Positions 18,462 to 29,278 of a DNA stretch of 32,000 nt are shown piece by piece. The stretch lies in assembly GCA_002341165.1 (NCBI GenBank), contig DDNL01000049.1, positions 10,891 to 42,890 of the forward strand. Reading direction: 5' to 3'. Both the position numbers and the translations under genes were made by a program. The notes below the pieces were generated by a model that saw only the letters and a list, made by a program, of their open reading frames with translations, had not been told where the DNA came from and ran no database searches. The first letter of the stretch is position 1. Each line of letters starts with the position of its first letter. Source of the stretch: Shewanellaceae bacterium UBA2521 (GTDB lineage Bacteria > Pseudomonadota > Gammaproteobacteria > Enterobacterales > Shewanellaceae).

Positions 18462-19571
18462 CTACTTATCAGTCATATTTAAAGCTTTTAATAAAGTCTT
18501 TGTAATACAAGAACCTGCTTGCAATGTTTTTGCTTGCCCCACTGTTCCTTGCTCAAGGCTATCAGTAAAAGGTGCAATTTCCACAACGTCAGCACCTGTT
18601 ATTGTAAAGTTTTTGACTAAAGTTTCTAAGATTAAAATACAGCTATTTACATCTAAACCATCAGGCTCAGGAGTTCCTGTTGCTGACGCAATACTTTGAT
18701 CTAAAGCGTCAATATCGAAACTCACATACAACTCTTGTACGCCTGCTTTATGCAGAGCTGCACAAATTTCTTGTGCCACATATTCAGCTCCTTTTTGCGC
18801 AATGGTATGCGCCCAATACTGAGTCACACCAAATTTTCGCTCCCAAAATGATTGCTGTTGACCGCTAGCACGTATACCGAGCTGAATGAGATGAGAAGGA
18901 TGAGGTAAATCATTCAAAATATGCGTACACCAAGAGCCAAAACATAAGTCAATTCCTAAACGTTCTGTTAATAAATCTGTATGCGCATCAAAATGAATCA
19001 CTGCTGTTTGAATACCTTGAGCTTTTTTATGCTGCAAAAAAGTACGCACTAAAGGATAACTTACTGAATGATCCCCTCCTATAGCGAAAATCTTTTTGTC
19101 TGGATCACATTCATATAATCTCTGGCACACTGCTTCAGTTATAGACAGCGGACTCACAGCTAAGCCTTGTTCAACTTGATCAAAAAGTGCCTTTTGGCAA
19201 CGCCTAATCGTATCCTCATTTAAATACTTATCATGCAATAAATGAGGAATAACGCGTATATCACCTATGTCTAAATATCGCGATACATCAACTTCTTGCA
19301 AAAGTTGCAATCTGAGAAATAAAGGTCCCCAATTTGCACCACGCAAGATCCCTCCGCCATTATCAGAACACACACCAAGCATCACCACCTTTGCTTGCTC
19401 GAGCTGCTGTAATGTCTCTTGCCATAAAGCATCAATCGCTTCAGTTTGTCCATAAATAGCTTGATGCAAAACTTGCTTACGGTTACCCGCGGTGTTCACC
19501 GTGAACACACCACAGCCAGGAGGACAAAGATAGTTTTTTAAATCAGAATGATAGGGATATGTGATTTGCAT
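18462..19571 (-). CDS. Arginase/agmatinase/formiminoglutamase (ureohydrolase) superfamily protein, substrate unknown
   Basis: 369 aa with the metal-ligand motifs GGDHSVSYP, IHFDAHTDL and SFDIDALDQSIASATGTPEPDG, plus GGGILRGANWGP near the N-terminus. Confidence 0.9.
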   Translation of the reverse strand: MQITYPYHSDLKNYLCPPGCGVFTVNTAGNRKQVLHQAIYGQTEAIDALWQETLQQLEQAKVVMLGVCSDNGGGILRGANWGPLFLRLQLLQEVDVSRYLDIGDIRVIPHLLHDKYLNEDTIRRCQKALFDQVEQGLAVSPLSITEAVCQRLYECDPDKKIFAIGGDHSVSYPLVRTFLQHKKAQGIQTAVIHFDAHTDLLTERLGIDLCFGSWCTHILNDLPHPSHLIQLGIRASGQQQSFWERKFGVTQYWAHTIAQKGAEYVAQEICAALHKAGVQELYVSFDIDALDQSIASATGTPEPDGLDVNSCILILETLVKNFTITGADVVEIAPFTDSLEQGTVGQAKTLQAGSCITKTLLKALNMTDK

Positions 19572-19693
19572 AAGAACTCCTTTTACTTAAAATACTGACT
19601 GAGTGTAAACACAAAGAGTAAAGTAAAACAAGATCTAAATATCGAGATAACTCATATACGAGAGAGAAAGGCAAAGAAAGGTCGGAGCAAGAT

Positions 19694-21136
19694 TCAATCG
19701 ACTTTAGTAGTTTCTCTGTCACGCATATCAGAGACCACAATGCCATATTTACGCATTTTTTCAACTAAGGTTGTACGACGCACACCAAGTAAAGAGGCTG
19801 CACGAGATACCACACCTTGTTGCTTTTCTAGAGCTTGATGGATCATTTTAATTTCAAAGTCCGCAAGAGTTTCTTTAAGATTAATACCTTCTTCAGGAAA
19901 GTCTTTACACAAAAGTACATCATGTGTTTCACCTTGATGTAAAATATCTTGTAACACATCACTTTCCAACACTTCATCGGTCGCAAGCATATCCTGACTA
20001 GATGGATCTCGGTACTGCACATATTTGAGAGGCAAGTCAGCATATTCTATCTGACCATGCGGATATAAAATCATGAGGCGTTCAATCAAGTTGGCAAGCT
20101 CTCTGACATTACCAGACCAAGTATGCTGCATCAGCGCATTCATGGCTGATTTGCCAACATAAATAGGCGACCGTCCATCTTGAACGAGGCGCTCAACAAT
20201 CAATTCTAGCAATAAAGGAATGTCCTCTTTACGATCACGCAAAGCTGGCATTTCGATAGGAAACACATTGAGCCTGTAGAAGAGGTCTTCACGGAAATCG
20301 CCTTGACTAATCATATCTTCTAAGTTGCGGTGGGTTGCAGCAATCACACGCACATCGACCGTAATAGCTTTGTTACCTCCGACGCGCTCAAACATCATCT
20401 CTTGTAAAACGCGTAAAAGTTTAACCTGCATCGACAAGGGCATATCGCCAATTTCATCGAGAAATAAGGTACCACCATGGGCTAATTCAAAGCGCCCTTT
20501 GCGCGTGCTTAAAGCACCGGTGAAAGCTCCTTTTTCGTGGCCAAAGAGTTCGCTCTCGAGTAACTCGCTAGGTATTGCGCCACAATTAACAGGAACAAAA
20601 GGACCATTACTGCGCGTTGAAAATTCGTGTATATAACGCGCAACCACTTCCTTGCCTGTTCCAGAATCACCGAGTATCAAAACGTTGGCTTGAGTCGGTG
20701 CAACTTGACAGATTAAACGACGCACAAATTCTATCGGCGCACTTTTTCCCACTAATTTTGCTTCAAGACGATCACATTGTTTAGAGTATAAAGCATCAAC
20801 CATCTGGTATTTAAATGCAGCGCACTCACGCAGTTGTGTACTGAGTTTGGAGTAGCAAAAAGGTACATCAATATAACCTAAAACATTGGGTAGCAAAGAT
20901 AATTTTTTCTGTTCGCCTACAAGCAAAATAGGCTGCTCTCGAACGCTTTGGGCTATTTGAATGAGTTCTTGCTCTGTGTATGCATCGGTTGAGATAATCA
21001 CAGCGCGCCATAAGACATGCGGCTTTAAGCTCTGGCCACATAAAACCTGTTCTTCTAAAAACTCAAGAATCACGCGCAGGGAAGCTTCACGATCTTCTTG
21101 AGCATCTAAAATAAAAATGCGATTATCTTTTTGCAT
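19694..21136 (-). CDS. flrA: Master sigma-54-dependent flagellar regulator FlrA/FleQ
   Basis: 480 aa; degenerate REC-like N-terminus, AAA+ ([21 protein letters not shown]...[53 protein letters not shown]) and C-terminal [12 protein letters not shown] as in FleQ. Confidence 0.94.
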   Translation of the reverse strand: MQKDNRIFILDAQEDREASLRVILEFLEEQVLCGQSLKPHVLWRAVIISTDAYTEQELIQIAQSVREQPILLVGEQKKLSLLPNVLGYIDVPFCYSKLSTQLRECAAFKYQMVDALYSKQCDRLEAKLVGKSAPIEFVRRLICQVAPTQANVLILGDSGTGKEVVARYIHEFSTRSNGPFVPVNCGAIPSELLESELFGHEKGAFTGALSTRKGRFELAHGGTLFLDEIGDMPLSMQVKLLRVLQEMMFERVGGNKAITVDVRVIAATHRNLEDMISQGDFREDLFYRLNVFPIEMPALRDRKEDIPLLLELIVERLVQDGRSPIYVGKSAMNALMQHTWSGNVRELANLIERLMILYPHGQIEYADLPLKYVQYRDPSSQDMLATDEVLESDVLQDILHQGETHDVLLCKDFPEEGINLKETLADFEIKMIHQALEKQQGVVSRAASLLGVRRTTLVEKMRKYGIVVSDMRDRETTKVD

Positions 21137-21245
21137 AACTCCTCTGAACCTTTATGATGAAAAAACGACTATTCATTAAAAGTTTAGTTAGGAATTAAAA
21201 TATAACAAATGGAGGCTCTACTTTTTCCTATTTAAGGCCAACATA

Positions 21246-21995
21246 TTAATCTTTAGCTTGCCTTTGACGTACAGCTTCAAATAAACAGACACCTGTTGCA
21301 ACCGACACATTTAAACTCGAAACATGACCTGACATAGGAATAGAAATTAACAGGTCACAATGCTCTCGTGTCAACCGACGCAAACCATGACCTTCTGCAC
21401 CCATAACAAGTGCCATACCTCCAGTAAAGTTTGCTTGATATAAAGTTTTCTCAGCTTCGCCTGCTGCACCAAACAACCAAATACTGCGTTCTTGTAAGTC
21501 ACGCATTGTACGAGCAAGATTAGTCACTTGAATCAAAGGAATGGTTTCCGCTGCGCCACTGGCAACTTTACATACTGCAGGGGTTAAATTTACTGAATTA
21601 TCTTTGGGAACAATTACCGCATGCACACCCGCTGCATCAGCATTACGTAAACATGCACCTAGATTATGAGGATCCGTGACGCCATCTAAAATAAGGAGAA
21701 AAGGTTCATCCACCTCATCAAGTAGCTGAGATAAGTCATGCTCAGTCGCTATTTTGGGTGGCTGAACACGAATTAAAATGCCTTGGTGTTGTGTACTTTC
21801 TGCTTTGTCATCCATAGCTTTACGGTTCATCCATTGGGGTGTAAGACCTATAGATTGAGCTTGTTGTTGCAATGCTGAGAGCTTTTGATCCGTGCGACCT
21901 TTTAACAACCAAATATCGAGAATACGCTCAGGATGATGTTTCAAGATGGCACTCACAGCATGAATGCCATACATATAGTGGGACTGTTTTTTCAT
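21246..21995 (-). CDS. rlmB: 23S rRNA (guanosine-2'-O-)-methyltransferase RlmB (SpoU family)
   Basis: [17 protein letters not shown]; [23 protein letters not shown]; [26 protein letters not shown]. Confidence 0.96.
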   Translation of the reverse strand: MKKQSHYMYGIHAVSAILKHHPERILDIWLLKGRTDQKLSALQQQAQSIGLTPQWMNRKAMDDKAESTQHQGILIRVQPPKIATEHDLSQLLDEVDEPFLLILDGVTDPHNLGACLRNADAAGVHAVIVPKDNSVNLTPAVCKVASGAAETIPLIQVTNLARTMRDLQERSIWLFGAAGEAEKTLYQANFTGGMALVMGAEGHGLRRLTREHCDLLISIPMSGHVSSLNVSVATGVCLFEAVRQRQAKD

Positions 21996-22004
21996 GATTC
22001 ACTT

Positions 22005-24464
22005 CTATGATGATTTACTTCTATGTTGACGTTGACGCGATGGATCAGATGAAATACGCGACTTCTTTTTTTTAGACTGCTTTGGTTTTTCAGTTTTGCG
22101 TTTTGTACTACCTTTCTTAGACTGCTTTTTCTGCGTTTTGGACTCACCTATCTCACCTCTTCGCAATCGCTCTCTTGTTGAGCCTTGAGTTTTACTCTTT
22201 GAGCTAGTCGCCGACTTCTTCTTTGAATTACTTTTTGTTGTTTTTTTCTTTGACTTTGAAGAAGCTGATTTAACTGCTTTTTTGGGCGCATCATACAAAA
22301 CAAAGTCAATCTGCTTATCATCCATATTAACTGATGATACCCGTACCTTGACAAGATCACCGACTCTAAAAGTACGACGGAATTTTTCTCCGATAAGCAT
22401 TTGTTTGAGTGGATCATACTGGTAAAAGTCATCGGTTAGTTGACTCATATGGACTAAGCCATCAATAAATAAACTATTTAAACGTGCAAAAAAACCAAAA
22501 CTCGTCACAGATGCAACTGTCGCTTCGAATTCAGCTCCAATATGATCTTGCATATAATCACATTTTAACCAATCACTTACTTCTCGCGTTGCATCATCAG
22601 CCCGACGTTCAGTCATAGAACAGTGATCACCTAAGACATCTAACTCTTCAACACTGTATAAATAGCCACCATCTGCTGTCCAATTTTCTTTCACTTCAGA
22701 CTTTTCTTTTGCCAATAAGTAACGGATAGCACGATGGAGTTGTAGATCAGGATAACGCCTGATAGGTGATGTAAAGTGCGCATACTGCTGTAAAGCCAAA
22801 CCAAAATGCCCATCGTTATCAGGCGTGTAGCGAGCTTGACGCATAGAACGCAGTAAAAGAGTTTGAATCTGCTTTTTATCCGGTCTATCTGATACTTTTT
22901 TGATCAGCAAGGCGTAATCTTTCGGTGTCGGTGCCAAACCACCTGTAAGCACCAACCCTTTCTCAGAAATAAAAGACTGGAAGGCTACAAGTTTTTCTTC
23001 TGAAGGTGACTCATGCACACGATACAAGGTCTCCGCTTTATGTTTAATAATAAATTTGGCCGCAGAAACATTCGCTAAGATCATACATTCTTCAATAATC
23101 TTATGCGCAACATTTCTGTCTCGAGGTACAATTTTATCAATACGATTAAACTCATTAAACACAAACTGCATTTCTTGTGTCTCAAAGCCAATAGCACCAC
23201 GCTCTTCTCGAGCTTTAAACAGCAGTTCATATAAAGAGCGTAAAGTTTCAAGATGTGTCAAAACAGGCTCAATATTAGCACTCACCTCACCCTCTTCGAG
23301 GGCTTGAGACACTTCTTCATAGGTTAAACGAGCATGAGAATGCATGACAGCAGGATAGAACTTAAACCGTGAAAGTTTACCTTCAGCTGAAACCGTCATC
23401 TCGCAGACCATACACAATCTATCAACATGAGGATTCAAAGAACACAGACCATTAGATAACTCTTCTGGAAGCATAGGCAAAACTTGTGATGGAAAGTAAA
23501 CCGAATTACCTCTTGCTTGTGCCTCCATATCGAGGCGCGATCCTTTCTTAACATAATGACTTACATCAGCAATAGCGACCCATAATTTAAAGCCACCACC
23601 TCGACGCTTTTCAGCATATACCGCATCATCAAAATCTCTTGAGTCACTACCATCGATTGTAACTAAAGGTAAATGACGCATATCGATACGCCCTTCTCTA
23701 TCTTTATCCGTCACGTGATCACTGAGCTGCTTTAATTGCTTCGCAATACCTGAGCTCCATGTATGAGGTAGATCATAGTGACGCAATGCAATTTCTATTT
23801 CCATGCCTGGTTTATCTTCCTTGCCTAAGATTTCTAGAATTTTTCCTTCCGCACTGGACTTATACGTTGGCCTTGTCAACAACTCAACAACAACAATATC
23901 ATCATGACGCGCTTGTAATCCTTTGAGCTTCGAGATGATAATATCTTGTGTAATGCGCTTATCTTTAGCTTGGACAAAAGCAACTTTACCATCCCGAATA
24001 TAACGCCCTACAATCGGAGTACGACGACCTTCAACCAATCTAATAATACGACATTCACGGCGACCTTTGCGATCAAAACCTTTTTGCTGTACTTGAACGC
24101 GCTCTTCATGAAAATAATAGCGCATGCACCGATGAGGAATAAACAAATCACTGGTACCGTCATCTGGCTTTAAAAAACCAAAGCCATCAGGGTGACCTAT
24201 AATTTCGCCGTCAATCAATGCCATTCTTTCGGGTAACTCATAGCCTTCTTTGCTAAATACAAGTTGACCGTCTCGCTCCATAGCGCGTAATCGACGCCTT
24301 AAAGCTTCTCGCTGCGCAGGTTCTATAATGTTTAACGCTTTAGCTATCTGATCTCGTGTTAACAGCTTTGTAGTTGAAGTCAATAATTCAAGTATAAACT
24401 CACGACTTGGTATAGGATCAATATATTTTTGTTGCTCTCTCTTAAAGTGAGGGTCTTTAGTCAT
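22005..24464 (-). CDS. rnr: Ribonuclease R
   Basis: 819 aa; DGFGFLKPDDG cold-shock domain; TIDGSDSRDFDDAVYAE RNB motif; HFTSPIRRYPDLQLHRAI; S1 domain; Lys/Ser-rich tail. Confidence 0.97.
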   Translation of the reverse strand: MTKDPHFKREQQKYIDPIPSREFILELLTSTTKLLTRDQIAKALNIIEPAQREALRRRLRAMERDGQLVFSKEGYELPERMALIDGEIIGHPDGFGFLKPDDGTSDLFIPHRCMRYYFHEERVQVQQKGFDRKGRRECRIIRLVEGRRTPIVGRYIRDGKVAFVQAKDKRITQDIIISKLKGLQARHDDIVVVELLTRPTYKSSAEGKILEILGKEDKPGMEIEIALRHYDLPHTWSSGIAKQLKQLSDHVTDKDREGRIDMRHLPLVTIDGSDSRDFDDAVYAEKRRGGGFKLWVAIADVSHYVKKGSRLDMEAQARGNSVYFPSQVLPMLPEELSNGLCSLNPHVDRLCMVCEMTVSAEGKLSRFKFYPAVMHSHARLTYEEVSQALEEGEVSANIEPVLTHLETLRSLYELLFKAREERGAIGFETQEMQFVFNEFNRIDKIVPRDRNVAHKIIEECMILANVSAAKFIIKHKAETLYRVHESPSEEKLVAFQSFISEKGLVLTGGLAPTPKDYALLIKKVSDRPDKKQIQTLLLRSMRQARYTPDNDGHFGLALQQYAHFTSPIRRYPDLQLHRAIRYLLAKEKSEVKENWTADGGYLYSVEELDVLGDHCSMTERRADDATREVSDWLKCDYMQDHIGAEFEATVASVTSFGFFARLNSLFIDGLVHMSQLTDDFYQYDPLKQMLIGEKFRRTFRVGDLVKVRVSSVNMDDKQIDFVLYDAPKKAVKSASSKSKKKTTKSNSKKKSATSSKSKTQGSTRERLRRGEIGESKTQKKQSKKGSTKRKTEKPKQSKKKKSRISSDPSRQRQHRSKSS

Positions 24465-24493
24465 TTAATTTGCCAATCTAGAATAATATAAAC

Positions 24494-24499
24494 ATTATA
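24494..24499 (-). promoter_or_regulatory. Candidate -10 element upstream of rnr
   Basis: Minus strand TATAAT about 30 nt upstream of the rnr ATG; no good -35 seen. Confidence 0.3.
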
Positions 24500-24566
24500 C
24501 GTGTTATCATCTAACAAGCCTACATAGATTTACATTATTGCGAAAAATTCATGCCTTCAATCTACA

Positions 24567-25298
24567 TTAAAACTCATCATTAGAACGATTTTGAATTTGA
24601 TAGACCACGCTAGGTGGCAACATTTGTGCAAAGAGCGAGAGTAGCTCTTCGGATTTACGTTTCATTTTAGAAGAGTGGAAGCTGGTATGATAAAGCCAAT
24701 CATACGCTTTTGCATGATCAGCAGCATGCCCATGACCTGCCAAAAAAAGTTCAACAAGAAAAATACGACTAGGTGTACTGCCAGCTTGTGCAGCGAGATA
24801 AGCTAAGCGTACAGATTTATCATAGTTAGGGATTACAAAATCGCTATGCTGGTAATAACGCGCTAACTTCAACATCGCTTCAGGTAAACCTTGGCGTACC
24901 GCACTTCTTAACCAATGTACACCATAACTTATATTTTTTCTGATACAGACACCATAAATTAACATTTCACCCCATAAAAACTGAAATGTAGGCAGCTTCA
25001 GTACTTCAGCATTAGCGCGTATATCATCCACAATTTGGCATTCATCCCGACGAATAGCATTTAAGTGCCATTCTCTACGAATATAATTGAGCAATTCACT
25101 TTCTGTATACACATCAATGGCTTTTTTATCTTTAAAAACCACTTCAGGCGACTCTGGTTCAATAGCAGGCGGTTTACCAACACAAGATAGTGGGCACTGA
25201 TCAACTTCAACTTCAACTTCTTCAGCGAAAGCAGATGCTGTGAGCAGATAAACCAAGCTTATAATGCACATGGTTTTAGAAACGAAGCGCAATACCAT
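24567..25298 (-). CDS. motX: Sel1-repeat protein, probable sodium-type flagellar motor protein MotX
   Basis: 243 aa with signal peptide; VYTESELLNYIRREWHLNAIRRDECQIVDDIRANAEVLKLPTFQFLWGEMLIYGVCIRKNISYGVHWLRSAVRQGLPEAMLKLARYY... resembles Vibrio MotX as I remember it. The purA-motX-rnr-rlmB neighbourhood also matches Vibrio. Confidence 0.85.
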   Translation of the reverse strand: MVLRFVSKTMCIISLVYLLTASAFAEEVEVEVDQCPLSCVGKPPAIEPESPEVVFKDKKAIDVYTESELLNYIRREWHLNAIRRDECQIVDDIRANAEVLKLPTFQFLWGEMLIYGVCIRKNISYGVHWLRSAVRQGLPEAMLKLARYYQHSDFVIPNYDKSVRLAYLAAQAGSTPSRIFLVELFLAGHGHAADHAKAYDWLYHTSFHSSKMKRKSEELLSLFAQMLPPSVVYQIQNRSNDEF

Positions 25299-25358
25299 AA
25301 AGCTTACCTCTGACGATACTTAATCAAAGTATCGGCTCCAAACCGGAGTTCTTAATAC

Positions 25359-25380
25359 AAAAAAAGCCGCTAAGCGGCTT
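25359..25380 (-). terminator. Intrinsic terminator downstream of purA
   Basis: Minus strand AAGCCGC-TTA-GCGGCTT followed by a T tract. Confidence 0.85.
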
Positions 25381-25410
25381 CTTGTATTTCATCAAACAAA
25401 TAGCTTGATA

Positions 25411-26730
<1,320 letters not shown>

Positions 26731-26783
26731 TTAAAGAATAATCTTGCCAGAAGAAAAACTGCTCATTTACCTCTGATAAGAAA

Positions 26784-26811
26784 AATATAAAATAAGGTTA
26801 AGCCATCACAA
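26784..26811 (-). promoter_or_regulatory. Candidate sigma-70 promoter for purA
   Basis: Minus strand TTGTGA-N16-TATATT, about 60 nt upstream of the ATG. Confidence 0.35.
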
Positions 26812-26979
26812 CTCACACGAAATAGCTTGATCAAACATAGCTCATTTACTTAGTGGAAACTACCCACTTTGAGTAAAGCAAAGAACCATGAACCCTTTGA
26901 TCATGACAAAAGTTGCCAAACTTAAACCTATAATATGACAATCCGTGATTTTATATCCCTTTATAACGACCTGAACAAC

Positions 26980-27026
26980 AAAAAATCCAGAATACTATCA
27001 TCTCGATAGATTCTGGAATTTTTTAC
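26980..27026. terminator. Strong hairpin with poly-A and poly-T flanks, bidirectional terminator candidate after hflC
   Basis: TCCAGAAT-A-CTATC-ATCTC-GATAG-ATTCTGGA (26986-27017) with an A run on the left and TTTTTT on the right. Confidence 0.8.
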
Positions 27027-27039
27027 GCCAATAACACCG

Positions 27040-27921
27040 TTATTTGGTACGTCCGTCTCTATGTTTCATGAACCTGAAGAAGTCACTATCCGGTGCAATC
27101 ACCATCACATCATCTTTATTATGGAATGATGACTGATACGCATCTAAACTACGTAAAAAGCTAAAGAAATTAGGACTCTTATTATACGCTTTTGCATAAA
27201 TAGACGCAGCTTGCGCATCACCTGAACCACGAGTTGTGAGCGCTGACTTTTCAGCTTGAGCTATCATGACTGTAATGCGAGCATCAGCTTGAGCACGTAT
27301 AATTTCGGCCTGCTCTTTACCTTGTGAGCGATGCTCTTTCGCAACAGCAAGACGCTCAGCACGCATACGCTGAAAAATACTTTCACTGACTTCTCTTGGT
27401 AAGTTAATTTGTTTCACGCGCACATCAATCACAGCAATACCTAAATCTGTTGCACTATCTGATGCTGAACCTAAAGCTTCTTGCTGTAATTCATCACGGC
27501 TTCCAGAAACAATCTCGCTGATCGTACGCGAACCAAACTCACTTCGCAATCCATTATTGATCTTGCTTTGTAGCAGAGACTCGGCTGTAGCCTTGTTCCC
27601 GCCGCCTGTTGCAAGATAAAACTTTTCAAAATCTAAAATGCGCCACTTCACAAAAGAATCAACCATCAGATCTTTTTTCTCTGAAGTAATGAAGCGATCA
27701 GGCTGACCATCTAAAGTTTGTAATCGAGCATCTAGAAAACGAGGCTTATCAATAAAAGGGATTTTAAATTGAAGACCTGGTTCATATACTTTTGTTTTAC
27801 CGGCTTCTTTGACCAACTTACTGAATCGAGAAACTACGGCACGCTCACCTTCTTGTACGGTGAAAAGGCAACTAAATCCAATCAAAAGTGCCACTACAAT
27901 AAAAACATATCTAATAGGCAT
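27040..27921 (-). CDS. hflC: FtsH protease modulator HflC
   Basis: SPFH/band-7 protein; VQEGERAVVSRFSKL; IIRAQADARITVMIAQAEKSALTTRGSGDAQAASIYAKAYNKSPNFFSFLRSLDAYQSS. Confidence 0.96.
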   Translation of the reverse strand: MPIRYVFIVVALLIGFSCLFTVQEGERAVVSRFSKLVKEAGKTKVYEPGLQFKIPFIDKPRFLDARLQTLDGQPDRFITSEKKDLMVDSFVKWRILDFEKFYLATGGGNKATAESLLQSKINNGLRSEFGSRTISEIVSGSRDELQQEALGSASDSATDLGIAVIDVRVKQINLPREVSESIFQRMRAERLAVAKEHRSQGKEQAEIIRAQADARITVMIAQAEKSALTTRGSGDAQAASIYAKAYNKSPNFFSFLRSLDAYQSSFHNKDDVMVIAPDSDFFRFMKHRDGRTK

Positions 27922-27924
27922 GAC

Positions 27925-29073
27925 TTAGTTTCTCCCTTGGATAGAGCGTTGACCACGCATTGGACGTGTTGAACTCCGAGGTTGTGTGTTCATAGAATCT
28001 GACATCGAGCTTACACTGCGCGTCTCATCCATAGAGCTAGGCGTCACCGCGCTATTCCTACGTGAAGAGATAATTTTATCTAGTGGCAAGTAAAGCATGT
28101 TGCCGCTGCCTTTAGTATCGACCAATACTTTGGAAGTACTAGAGAAGACTTGAGCCATAGCTTCAATGTACAAGCGCTCTCTTGTGACTACAGGCGCTGC
28201 TACATACTCAGGTAGTAGCTGTTTGAAACGCGCCACTTTACCCTCAGCTTCTAAAATAACACGCTCTTTGTAAGCGTTTGCATCTTGTTCCATACGTTTG
28301 ACTAAACCTCGCGCTTTAGGTTCTTTCTCACGCTCGTAAGCTTCTGCTTCGCGAATATAACGCTCTTCATCTTCCTGAGCAGAAATAGCATCATCAAAAG
28401 CATCTTTCACTTCTTCAGGAGGACGAGCAGGCAAAAAGTTAACATCAACAATAGTTAAGCCTAAATGATAAGGCTCAATAATACGTTTGAGTTCGTCCCA
28501 AGTATCACGACGGATCTTTTCCCGTCCTGTGGTTAAAGCATTGTCCATAGAATTATGCCCAATCACATAACGTAATGCGCTGTCCATCGCTTCTCGCAAA
28601 CTCGTATTAGCGTTGGTTACGCTGAATAAATAATGGTAAGGGTTGGTCACTCGATATTGTACTTCCATTTCAACACGAACAACGTTTTCATCTTGAGTCA
28701 GCATACTTCCCGATGCAGGTTGAGTACGTGTGTTATTGATATCAACAGGAACGACTTGATCAATAAAAGTTGGTTTCCAATGCAAGCCTGGCATCACTTC
28801 ACCCGCATATTTTCCAAAGCGCAGTACAACACCTCTTTCGGCTTCTTTAATCGTATAGAAACCTGAGGCTCCCCATATAGTGACGAGAATAGCTAAACCT
28901 ACACCAAATAGAGAAGCACTAAACTGTGGCTTGTTACCATTGCCGCGCTTTTGATTCATACCTAAACGGTTCATTAAATTCTTTAAGACATCATCCAAGT
29001 CAGGTGGGCCTTGTTTTTTTCCACCACCACCCCAAGGATCGTTGCCTCTGTTACCAGGTTCATTCCACGCCAT
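27925..29073 (-). CDS. hflK: FtsH protease modulator HflK
   Basis: MAWNEPGNRGNDPWGGGGKKQGPPDLDDVLKNL N-terminus; YTIKEAERGVVLRFGKY; adjacent to hflC. Confidence 0.97.
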   Translation of the reverse strand: MAWNEPGNRGNDPWGGGGKKQGPPDLDDVLKNLMNRLGMNQKRGNGNKPQFSASLFGVGLAILVTIWGASGFYTIKEAERGVVLRFGKYAGEVMPGLHWKPTFIDQVVPVDINNTRTQPASGSMLTQDENVVRVEMEVQYRVTNPYHYLFSVTNANTSLREAMDSALRYVIGHNSMDNALTTGREKIRRDTWDELKRIIEPYHLGLTIVDVNFLPARPPEEVKDAFDDAISAQEDEERYIREAEAYEREKEPKARGLVKRMEQDANAYKERVILEAEGKVARFKQLLPEYVAAPVVTRERLYIEAMAQVFSSTSKVLVDTKGSGNMLYLPLDKIISSRRNSAVTPSSMDETRSVSSMSDSMNTQPRSSTRPMRGQRSIQGRN

Positions 29074-29278
29074 GTAACTCTCCGATATGCGTCACTAAAA
29101 AATTAAAAGGTAATATGAACGACTTATCTTTATATAAGTATTTTTTTATTGAAGTCACGACAAACTAACGCTGCCATGACTTACAGGTTATTGCAGCGAT
29201 AAGGCCGCAATTTAACGCTCATGGAAGTATTCTATTCCTTCACCTAAAAGACAAAGATAATCGACATTTATATATCAT

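Noticed and set aside
21213-21229. GG-N10-GC arrangement upstream of flrA
   Set aside because: Reads AGGAAAAAGTAGAGCC, with no TTGCW -12 or TGGCACG -24 character; a chance match, and flrA is normally not sigma-54 dependent.
25359-25380. GC-rich hairpin considered as a REP-like repeat
   Set aside because: Single copy in the window, directly downstream of purA with a T tract; a plain intrinsic terminator explains it.
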